Source of the DNA: Macrostomum lignano
Taxonomy: Eukaryota
Assembly: GCA_002269645.1 (NCBI GenBank)
Contig: NIVC01002972.1
Location: forward strand, 1-64,000
DNA length: 64,000 nt
Direction of reading: 5' to 3'
The position numbers were made by a program, and so were the translations under genes. Shown one piece after another: positions 1 to 12,000 of this stretch. The notes beneath the pieces are model-generated. The model was not told where the DNA came from, ran no database searches, and saw only the letters and a list, made by a program, of their open reading frames with translations. Positions within the stretch are counted from its first letter, which is position 1, and every line of letters begins with the position of its first letter.

Positions 1-3000
1 AGATCGGTGTCAACTTCGCTAGCCTGATCGTCTTGCTGTTGCTGCTGTTGTTGCTGCTGCTGCTGAGATGCTTGCAGCTGCTGCTGATCCAACGAAGCCG
101 CAGGCTGACCAGCTTCATTAAATCCAACCGCGGCGCCTCCGACAGCGCCGGCGGCAGCTGGGTGGCAGCATTAGCCGCGGCAACAGCCTGCTGCTGTACA
201 GCGGGCGCCAGCGCTGTAGACAGGAACAAATCTTCGGCAGATTGTACAGCATCAGACAGTGCTGTGTGAGAGTAAAACTGCCCAGAGGTTTCAATAGCGG
301 CCAAGCCTGACCGGGGCCAGCATAGCGCTAGCAATTAGCGGCAAATTGTGCAGAGCAGTTGGCAAACAAGCCGGCTAATAGTTGCTGGCACAGGCAGGCC
401 AATTGGTTCCGCTTTCCAACCAGTAGGCTGGGATCGGAGGCCAGGGCCAGCAGTGAGATAGACTCGAACAGCTGATCGAACTAACCGGCCAGCGGCCTCC
501 TCAGCAGCCAGAGCGTCATCGGCCAGTTGCCTAGGCGACGCAGCGTCCTAATTAGTGTGCCAATCAGCTCCGGGCCGGTGTGAGAACACTTGGCTAACAG
601 AGTGAAGGTGAACTGATCAATAGACCGCAGCCACGCTGTCGCAGTCTGTAGCTGGTGAATAGACTGCGGCTGAGTCTCGGCCGCCGGACATGAGCATCGC
701 GCGAACAGCTGGCCAGCATTCCAGTAGGCGGCGCAATGCTTTCTGAGCAAATTTCGGCGGCTCCAAATCGCTGTCGGCATGCCGCCAGAGTCTGGATTGG
801 ATTGATGATGCTGCTGATGATGATGATGCTGAGATTGAGAATGATGATGATGCGGATGATGATGCAGCATCTCGTGCTGTTGCTGCTGCTGGTGATGATG
901 CTGATTATGAGCGGCCGCTGCTGCTGCTGCCGGCAGCTACGGCAGTGCGTGCCCGAGCTGTGGCCAGAGCAGATGAAGAGCTTCGGCTGCTGGGATGCAG
1001 ACTGGGCCTGTACTGCTTCTGCTCGTTGAGCTGGCGGCCCACAGTTCGAGCTAGGAATAGCAGGATTGGCTCGCCTCGCTTGTTCGGCAGCAGGACAAGG
1101 GAGGCATGGCGAGTAGCAGGCGCGTCCAATAGAAGCGATCGATCGTGCTGAGAGCCGGCGATTAGGGATCTGCGCGAATAGGGCGCAACGGTGGGAGATT
1201 ATTATGCATGATAATGGGATAATGATTGATGAAGATGGATTAGTATATACACACATGGGATGGACAGATTAGCACACTTACTTGCAGCGACATTTTTCCC
1301 AACAATCGCAATAAGCAGTCGGAGAAGTCCGTTTCAATCGGCAATCGTGACCTTTATGACAGACTCTGGCGCACTCGGTGCAACAGCAGAACGTGTGCAT
1401 GAGGCGCAGGTTCTGCACTCGAATATGTCCTGATTAATATGCGACGGCCCGGTCCAAGTGAAACTGCAGGTGTCGTTCATGCACAGTACTAGCAGAGGAT
1501 TATCATCCGGACCGCTGCCAGGCGGATAAAGCATATTAGCCAGCGCCAATTCGTCTCGCTGAGCAATAGAATTAGTAGCCACATCCAGCAATAGCAAAGC
1601 AGAATCGTAGGCACGCAGTGATACGGCCAGCATGAATGGTGTCAGACCTTCGGCATTCTTAGCGCTTAATAGGCTGGGCAAATGCGGCTGCACAGCCGGA
1701 CAATGGCACAGCAGCAGTTCGAGCACTTCTCTACGCCTGATAGTGGAGTCGTCAACTATGGGAGCGAATTGCCAGGTAGGCCCGGAGTCCGAGCCTCCGC
1801 CGCCTCCGCCGCCGACATTCGACGACATTGACGATGAGGAAGACGAACCAGCTGAAGCAATTTCTCCCGGCTGCTTCAAACGGAGATCTTCCGCTTGCTG
1901 CTGCTGCTGCTGCTGTTGTTGTTGATTGCTAGAGCTGCCGCCGCGGCGTAGAAACGTCTCGGTGACCTGTAGTTATTTAACATAGAATATGCCCTCGTTT
2001 GTCTACTCATTTCTAGTAGTAGTATGGTAAACATTGCGGCGAACAAACAGCTATCAAATGAGAATTAAACAGGCTTGAGTAAATATCCAACTTAAACTGT
2101 GGATTTCAGTATGCAGATCTCTAAGCACGGAAATCTCATTCCTATTCAGTGCATCTAAACCTGGACAACTCACCCTTCTTAGTACATGTACATCTAGACC
2201 CAAAAATCTCAACCCTAAACCCGGACATCTCACCCTATTGAGTGCATATAAACCCAGAAATCTCACCCCCCCCCCCTATTATTAAGCACATCTAACCCCG
2301 GAAATCTTACCCGTTACTTAGAGATACAGGTCTCTAAACCCAAAAAACTTACCCCTACCCAGAGATACAGGTCCTTAGACCCGAAAATCTCACTCTAATC
2401 AGCATATACAGATCTCAGAACCCGGAAATCTCACCCCTATTCAAAGATACAGGTTCCTAAACCCGGAAATCTCACCCCCTACCCAGAGATACAGGTCCCT
2501 AAACCCGGAAATCTCACCCCCTACTCAGAGATACAGGTTCCTAACCCGGAAATCTCAGCCCCTACTCAGAGATACAGGTCCCTAAACTCGGAAATCTCAC
2601 CCCTTCCCAAAGATACAGGTTCCTAAACTCGGAAATCTCATCCCCTACCAAGAGGTACAGGTCCCTAAACCCGGAAATCTCACCCCCTACGCCGAGATAC
2701 AAGTCTCTAAGCCCGGAAATCTCATCTCAACTTGAGAATTTGCAACTCATCTCTTACTTATTAGAGATCTACCACCAGCATAGTGATAAATGCACTTACA
2801 GAAGACGATCCAATTGGATTCCAACTGCCACCGCCTCCGCCAGCCGCTGCCGAGTCGGCCGATGACTGCTGCGACTGCATACCAGCAGCTTGAGCAGAAT
2901 TAGCCGAACTACTACTATTAGCACTACTATGAGTAGCCATAGAATGCTCAGCATGATTAGAAGTTGGCGCGGTGACGCTAACAGCCAGATGAATAACATT

Positions 3001-6000
3001 CCTGCCGCCGTCAATTCGTTCGTTCAGACAGGCGGCCGCCAACCGGTCCGGCCATTCGATGGCTAACCGTTGCAATTTGACAACATCTCCGCGCAGTACA
3101 TGCGGAGTCACTAGCGGGCATGCGAACACTAATAGACTGAGGTGATAGGTTGGCGAATTGCTAGATGATGAAGAATTGCCGGACATGGCAGAGGCTGCGC
3201 CTCGACTAGCAGCGCCGCCTCCTCCGACGCCGCCTGACGATTGTACAACAGTCTGCAATGCGGCCGATTTTAATGGCGGCAAATCTGGCCAAAACGGCGT
3301 GGCCGCAGTGTCTTTGCCGGCGCGCAGTAAAGGATAAATTGTAGCACTGCCGTCTCTTATTAGAAAGCATTTGTCTGTGCCGGCTAGCAGTTGCATTGAG
3401 GTGCCAGGCGGACTGAATTGGCTGGCCGGTGTGAGTAAGCGGACTGCGGACAGCAGGCGACCCTGGTGGGGACGAAGGGGGGGGGTAGAGAATTAAGCAA
3501 ATCAATATACGATGGAATATATATGAAAGTACTCCGAAGATGGGAAGGGAAGAGGTACCCATCGGTTGAGGAGACTGACCCACAAGATGGGGAGACTGAC
3601 CCACAAGATGGGGAGACTGACCCACAAGATGGGGAGACTGACCCACAAGATGGGGAGACTGACCCACAAGATGGGGAGACTGACCCACAAGATGGGGAGA
3701 CTGACCCACAAGATGGGGAGACTGACCCACAGGATGGGGAGACTGACCCACAAGATGGGGAGACTGACCCACAGGATGGAGAGACTGGCCCACAAGATGG
3801 GGAGACTGACCCACAGGATGGGGAGACTGACCCACAAGATGGGGAGACTGACCCACAGGATAGAGAAGACTGACCCACAAGATGGGGAGACTGGCCCACA
3901 AGATGGGGAGACTGACCCACAAAATGGAGAGACTGACCCACAAGACAGGGAGACTGACCCACAGGATAGAGAAGACTGACCCACAAGATGGGGAAACTGA
4001 CCCACAAGACAGGGAGACTGACCCAGTCCCACAGGATAGGGATGACTGACCCACCAGTTGAGGAGAGTGACCCACAAGACGGGAAGTCTGACCTATTGAG
4101 ACTGAACGCTATATTTCCCAAAAGCGTAAATACGCACTCCCATCCAGTAAGCATACCTGCAAACTGTGAGTCTGCTGGCAGACCCGTCCGCCTTGTCTTA
4201 ACAACACGTGCAGTTGAGTATTCTCAACAGCCACAGCCAGCACATCGGAGCCTCCAACGCCGAAACCAGTGGCCGCGGACACAAGCGGCACGCGTTTCGG
4301 TATCTTCTGATAGAAGTCCGGCACTCTGGGACAGCCCGGGCCTTTAATCACCGACAATTCGTCGCGTTTCAATAATCGACAATCTTGTAAAGGATTATTA
4401 GCAGCGCCGCTACTAGCGGAACCAATTGCACCGATGCTGCCAACGCTAGACAATTCCTCCATTGACAGGGTCGACGATGAGCCGGCAGCGGCAGCAGCAG
4501 CCGCAGCCGCAAACGCAGCCGCTGCGTCCTTCAAAAATCTAACGGCAACAATATTACCGTCCACTTTCAACACCCGACCAACTGGTTGGCTTCGACCATC
4601 TTCAACAAAGATCACATCAGATAGGAACCATTCTTCTTCTTCTTCTCGTTCGGCTTTCTCTTTGGCGTCGCGCATAGGAGTTGGGGCTTTCTTGCGCTTG
4701 AACGGGCCGGGGCTGACCAGCACGGGGCCGCTCTGATCGCTGCACGTGCTTGACGCCGGACTAGGCGGCGGCGGCATATCGAGCTTATCGTCGCGTTCTC
4801 TCTGCTCAGCCGCCTGCTGCTGCTGACCTTGACGTTGTTGAGCAGCAGTTGTCGATGTTGAACTACTGCTGCTAGTGCCGCTGCCGCCGCTGTTGCTGAT
4901 ACCGCTGATTGCGGCCGCTCCAGCCGCTGCAGTTGAAGTCGCCTCGAGAATATCTTTGGCGGTTCGAATTCGAAACCTGCGAATATGTGATCAGGTTTTG
5001 ATTGTTTTGCCGACTCCCCTGAGCAGGCGCACAAGCGCGCGGATACGTACGCAGTCATACGCACAGGCACACACTCACACAGGAGTGTACAGGGACCCTA
5101 ACTTTATTTATCGTTGGGGATGTACACTTCACTGTGCCTTGGGGGGTTGGCCCTCAAGGCCGTTAATTGCATGAGCAGAGCCAAGCCGAGGTTACAATTG
5201 GTAAATGGTACCTAGGCCAAGAAGCTTTACAGAGTCGTTTTCGAGTCATTGCAGGTAACGCAGGTAAAATAGGAAAGAAATAACTCTCTAGACGACTCAA
5301 TTTGGGGCCTTCTAGAGCCTTCTAGAGGTTTAAAGTCTGCGACTTTAAAACCCGACTCTGGGGCCGTTAAGTCTTATCTGAGGCGTGCTTGAGTCTCAGG
5401 GGGTTGCTCATGTATGGTTGTGAGACACATCAACCTTAGTTTTGTTATCCTAAATTTGGAACGTTACCGTGACTTTACACCGGCCGTGCAACTTACTTTT
5501 TGACCAAATAAATGCGACTTACCTATGAAAGAAAGCTAAGCAAAATTAACGCAATTTTGGGTAAACGGCAGGAGTAACCATGACTGTATTATAAGGGTAA
5601 ATGCCTCGTCATCTTAGTAGTACATGTAAAATAATATACTTTTTTGGGTGGGCATTTTTGCGACTGAGCTTGGCTGGGCCCTCGCCAGCCGGTCGGGTGT
5701 TGCCGCATGTATGTCACTAACAAAGCCTATGCCTACAAAACCATTGACAAATGGATTTTTCACCTGCAGCTGTCAGTCAGAGACCAAGCATCCTCCAACA
5801 GTACGCCAATTTTCGGTCTGGGACCTTCGCCGACACGAAATCCGACAGCGCCGGCGTGAAATATCGGCGCCGATTTCATGCAGACAAAAGCGCCGGGGTG
5901 AAGATCGCGACGTTCGTCGTTTTGATTAGCGGCGGTGTCGTGTTGCTGCTGCTGCTGCTGCTGCTGCTGGCTGCCGGAGCCAGTAGTTGTCTTAGTTCCA

Positions 6001-9000
6001 CTGCTACTGCCGCATCTGCCGGTGGAAGTCTTCTTTCGAGCTTTCTCGATAGCTTTTCGGCGACTGCTGAATGGCAGGACACCCCTGTGGAGAGACAGAG
6101 TGATTACGGATTAAATGTGGTCAAGGTGAATTGAGGTCACACGGGACGATGGGGTCATTTTATAAAGATCATGACTGTAGAAAGGATGATGAGGCTATAA
6201 GATGAAACGATGAGGTCATACAAGAGCATGAGGACATACAGCTCATGGAAGATGTCATGTCATATAGAACTCGTTGAAAGACAGCGAGGTCATACAGGAA
6301 CACAATGAGTGAAGTCATAAAAGAAGGCGATGAGTGAGGTCATACAGGAACACAATGAGTGAAGTCATAAAAGAAGGCGACGAGTGAGGTCATACAGGAA
6401 CACGATGAGTGAGGGCATACAGGAGCACGATAATTAAGGTCATACAGAAACACGATGAGTGAAGTCATAAAGGAAAGCGATGAGTGAGGTCATACAGGAG
6501 CACGATGAGTGAGGTCATACAGGAGCACGATGAGTGAGGTCATACAGGAGCACGATGAGTGAGGTCATACAGGAGCACGATGAGTGAGGTCATACAGGAG
6601 CACGATGAGTGAGGTCATACAGGAGCACGATGAGTGAGGTCATACAGGAGCACGATAAGCGAGGGCATACAGGAGCACGATAATTAAGGTCATACAGAAA
6701 CACGATGAGTGAAGTCATAAAAGAAAGCGATGAGTGAGGTCATACAGGAACACGGTAAGTGAGGTCATACAGGAGCACGATGAGTGAGGTCATACAGAAG
6801 CACAATAATTAAGGTATACAGGAACACGAAAAGATTAATACAGGAAGACAGAATGAGATTATACAGATCCTAGAAGACGATGAGGTCATATAGCAAGACA
6901 GAGCGAGGTCATACAGGAAGAGATGATGTCATATGAGCTTTAAAACTGCATGATAACAAAACTAAGCAAGTGGCCATAACAAACATCACTCACCACCAGT
7001 AGATATCGCCGCTGGCACATTTAGCAGCCGTTAGCAGAGACGAACAATAAATGGAGACAACTCGATCGGTTTGAAAATCCGGAAACAGATGAGCCGGATG
7101 CTCCAACCGGCTAGCAACCGGGGCTAAAGCTTCGTCCATAAATGTAGCAACCCGGCCATTGTCAGTGAGCACAGAACAGCGAGTTGTATGAGCGGCTAAT
7201 GAAACAATCTTCTCCTTGTCCAAGCCCAGGCCAACAGCACGGGGATGAAACACTGGCGGGTCTCCCGGGCAATAGTAGGGCTCCGGCTCCGACCAGCGCC
7301 ATTGGTGCAGAGCTCCATTAGAAGATACGGCAACTAATTCTGTGTGCATTGCCGCGATTTGAACGAATTTGTGCACGGAACCGTCTCGATCTACCCAGTA
7401 TTGAAGATCTTCGCCGAACTGGATGGGAGAGCCGCTGCTAGACTGGCCGCCTGAACGGTGAATGACATTCCAGGGTTGACGTGAAAGTGATGATAATACG
7501 AGAGAAAACAAAGTACTTTTAGATTGTTCTATTATACTTTTACATCTTCCCCATCTCTCATCTTATCATCTCCCTTCCCATCTTACCATCTCCCATCCCA
7601 TCTTACCATCTTCTATCCAATCTTACCATCTCCCATCCAATCTTACCATCTCCTATCCAATCTTACCATCTCCCATCCCATCTTACCATCTTCTATCCAA
7701 TCTTACCATCTCCCATCCCATCTTACCATCTTCTATCCAACCTTGCCATCTCCTATCCAATCTTGCCATCTCCTATCAAATCGTACCATCTCCCATCCAA
7801 TCTTATCATCTCCCATCCAATCTTATCATCTCCCATCCAATCTTACCATCTTCTATCCAACCTTGCCATCTCCTATCCAATCTTGCCATCTCCTATCAAA
7901 TCGTACCATCTCCCATCCAATCTTATCATCTCCCATCCAATCTTATCATCTCCCATCCAATCTTATCATCTCCCATCCAATCTTATCATCTCCCATCCCA
8001 TCTTACCATCTCCCATCCCATCTTACCATCTCCCACATCCCATCTTACCATCTCCCACATCCCATCTTACCATCTTCCATCCAATCTTACCATCTTCCAT
8101 CCAATCTTACCATCTCCCATCCAATATTACCATCTCCCATCCAATCTTATCATCTCCCATCCCATCTTACTATCTCCGATACCCCATCTTACCATCTCTT
8201 ATCTCATCTCCCATTCATTTTTTATATCTTACCCCATTCCTCTGACCAACCTAAAATCCAACATCTGTTACAATCTTTAATACAATTTATACGAATCATT
8301 ACAATTGCCAACTCTAACTCTGTTGTACCTCGAAATCTCAAAACCACAAAACCACAAGAAAATTGAAGACCCAAATAGCAAACTAACCAGTGATCTTAGC
8401 CTTCTGCTGCTGCTGCTGCTGCTGCTGCATAGCGGAATCAAATTCCGCATTAAGCATCACCGTCTCCATTCGTCGGCGTTTCGTACCAGCTCCGCTGCCG
8501 CCACCGCCGCCGCCTCCGCGACCTCCTTCGGCTCCAGACCACGCGGCCAGTACAGCCTCGGAGGATGGCTGCATTCTAGCCACTCGTTCGGGCAGCAATT
8601 GAAACGCCGTCATATCAGGCGGCAATCTGCGCCTCAGGCTGGCGTAATAAACATCGTCGGGAAAGACGGCGTCGCCTTCGTACATCAGACCGGACTCGCC
8701 GCTGCTCAAGCCGGCATCTAGAAGGCTCATGAGATCTTCGGGATCTTCGTCCCAATCTAGATCGTCGTCAGCTTCGTCGTCTTTTGATAATAAATTATTA
8801 ACGGCCATGTTAACGTCTAGATTGGTGCGCTGCAGTTCGCGTACAATCAATTGGCGAGATTTGCCTTGTAGTACAGCTTGGCATTGTTGCACCAGAGATT
8901 CGGGCACGTCCTGCGCTGGTACCACCTGGTTGTTTGGGTTGGTGAAAATTTATGTAATATCCAAATTCTAATAATAGATTTACACCTAGTCTTACCTGAT

Positions 9001-12000
9001 AATCTCACCAAGTCTTACCTGATAATATCACCAAGTCTTACCTGATAATCTCACCTAGTCTTGACCTGATAATCTCACCCAGTCTTGACCTGATAATCTC
9101 ACCTAGTCTTATCTGATAATCTCACCTAGTCTTGACCTGATAATCTCACCTAGTCTTACCTGAGATTACCTAGTCTTACCTGATAATCTCACCCAGTCTT
9201 GACCTGATACTCGTAATCTCACCTAGTCTTATCTGATAATCTCACCTAGTCTTGACCTGATAATCTCACCTAGTCTTACCTGATAATCTCACCTAGTCTT
9301 ACCTGATATTACCTAGTCTTACCTGATAATCTCACCTAGTCTTGACCTGATAATCTCACCTAGTCTTATCTGATAATCTCACCTAGTCTTGACCTGATAA
9401 TCTCACCTAGTCTTATCTGATAATCTCACCTAGTCTTGACCTAATAATCTCACCTAGTCTTACCTGATAATCTCACCTAGTCTTGACCTGATAATCTCAC
9501 CTAGTCTTACCTGATAATCTCACCTAGTCTTGACCTGATAATCTCACCTTACCTGATAATCTCACCTAGTCTTACCTGATAATCTCACCCAGTCTTGACA
9601 TGATAATCTCACCTAGTCTTACCTGATAATCTCACTTAGTCTTACCTGGTAATCTCACCCAGTCTTAACCGAACAATCTCACCTAGTCTAACCTGATAAT
9701 CTCACCTAGTCTGACCAGATAATCTTACCTAGTCTTACCAGATAATCTAACCCTTAACCGAAAAAACTCACCTAGTCTCACCTGATAATCTTACCTAGTC
9801 TCAACCGAACAATCTTACCTAGTCTCACCTGATAATCTCACCTAGTCTTACCTGATTATCTTACCAAACCTGGCTTTATAATTTCATAGTATTCTCTGAT
9901 AATCTCCTATAGATTATCATAGATTATCTCGCATCAGCTGTCTCACCTATAATCTTAGTTAATATTTCTAAATCTTTATCAAGCAGATTTATTCTGCATA
10001 CCCCCTATGAATCGTGATTTATCTTCCATACATAAAATTAGCAAGCACAAGAAACAGTCCAGTCGCTCACCGATCGACCAATAATAACGCCGCTACGCCG
10101 CAGATCTCTAAGCAGGCCGCGACCTCGACTACCCGACAGAAACGTCGGTTGAATAACTCGGCCTCTGGCGGCCGCGGCCGCCGCCGCTGCAGCCATCGAC
10201 GATGACGAAGATGATCCGTCAGGATCAGCCGAAGACGGTCCCGGCCGATTGCTGCTCGACGAACTGCTGGAACCTCCACCGCCACCGCTGGCGCCTCCGC
10301 CGCTGCTGCCACCGCCAATGCCGAAGACGTTCAGTTTGATATCGTAAAACGACTTGTTGTTACTGCCGCTGCCTCCGCCGCCGCTGCCTCTCAACTGGGA
10401 AGACAATTGTTGATGATGCGAATGCTGACTATCAGATTTACCGCCTTTCTTGCCACCGCCACCGCCGCCGCCACCTCCTCCTCCTCCACCCCCACTAGTG
10501 CCATCGCTTCGATCGTTAGCAGCCAGACTGAAAGCTACTCGACAGACTCGACCATCTTCGAACAGGAAAGCCACGTGACTGGGCCCGACAACGGCTTGAA
10601 CAATGGCTGAATTTAGCAAAGCAGCTAATGGCGGAGGATTCGCTAGGCCTTGCTTGGCGATTTTATCCGATAGCTCGCGTAGACTGTTTAATAGATTTGG
10701 AGGGTTTTAAAAAAGTTAGAAAATTTATCTTGACAGTATTGATAACATTATGAATTATGATTGAGTGAACTGGAGAATTCATATTTAAAATTTTTATGTC
10801 AATATATTTATGTCAATAGCAAAGAAAGAAAGAGATGGCTTTGTTTGATAAAATTTTGAATTTAGACAAATAATGAAAAAACTATGCTACAGCTTTACCA
10901 TTATGAATAATATATATGGCTATTTAAAAAATATTGTATTTTAAACTTTTCAATTTTAAAAAATTAATGGCTTATAGATATCCATCAATAAGCTTCAAAC
11001 TATAAATACATTTCTATAGTTATAAAGACAGAGCAATTTTATTTTCTTAAGGCATTTTTTTGTTTGTACTGGTATAGATGGGTAATATATATTATTACAA
11101 CTATCACTGTACTCCTTAGTATTTTCCCTTAGTGCCAACTTTGAAATGGGCTTGCTGTTTTTATAATTTTACCTTATAATTATACTTTACTTATAATTTA
11201 TCTCTATATATATGGCTTTTTTTCAATTGCCATTTTTATGATAACAAACAAATGCCTTAAGCTCAAAGTCAGAACAATATGGGGGCACATTAAAGATATT
11301 GGAATTTTTTAATTTTAAAGTTTTTATTGATGCTTTGTATCAACCTAGTTTACAATTTAGCATTGGGGTTTTGGACCCAGATTGCTAAATGGCATGGCAA
11401 TTCTAATAAAAAAAATTTTGATTATTAAGCTTATGTTTTATAATAAGATTATTATTATATTTTCATATACATATTTTTATTTATTGCAATATTTTGGGAA
11501 TATGATTCAAGGTGGTTCAAGTTAACAATAAGATAGACAAAATGCCTACAGTAAAAAAAACACATGGAAAAAGTTGTCACTACAAAGCTTATAATAAACT
11601 ATATAGCTTGATTAACCAAGGTCTCAATTATAACTAAAGAAAAGTAGTGGGTAATATTTTAACAAGATTTTTTTCTTTTATATTACCAAATATATCAAGT
11701 ATATTAGTAAAAAGCTAATAGATTTTTAGTAAACAATTAGCTATATTGTTTTTTAAGGCAGATCACTATTTTTACGTCAATAGCTACTGATTTTATTTTC
11801 TTCTGATATCCTAGTTGAAATGGATGTCTTTCCCTTTTCAAAAAAAGAAATTACAATTGCAAACTTGTACATAGAGAACAATACTTATAAACAAAAAGAG
11901 TAAAATGATTATTTTCTATTTAAAAATGCTAGTAAAACTTGTATTTAAATCAGTTTCAAAGAATTGAAAAAGCACTAATTATACATTAGACAATGCATTC

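Noticed and set aside
775-1410. Programmed ribosomal frameshifting in UBR5
   Set aside because: No slippery heptamer or pseudoknot at the shift points, and too many shifts in both directions.
3206-4154. Long ORFs spanning the 21-bp array
   Set aside because: The array lies in a UBR5 intron bounded by a canonical donor (4156) and acceptor (3463).
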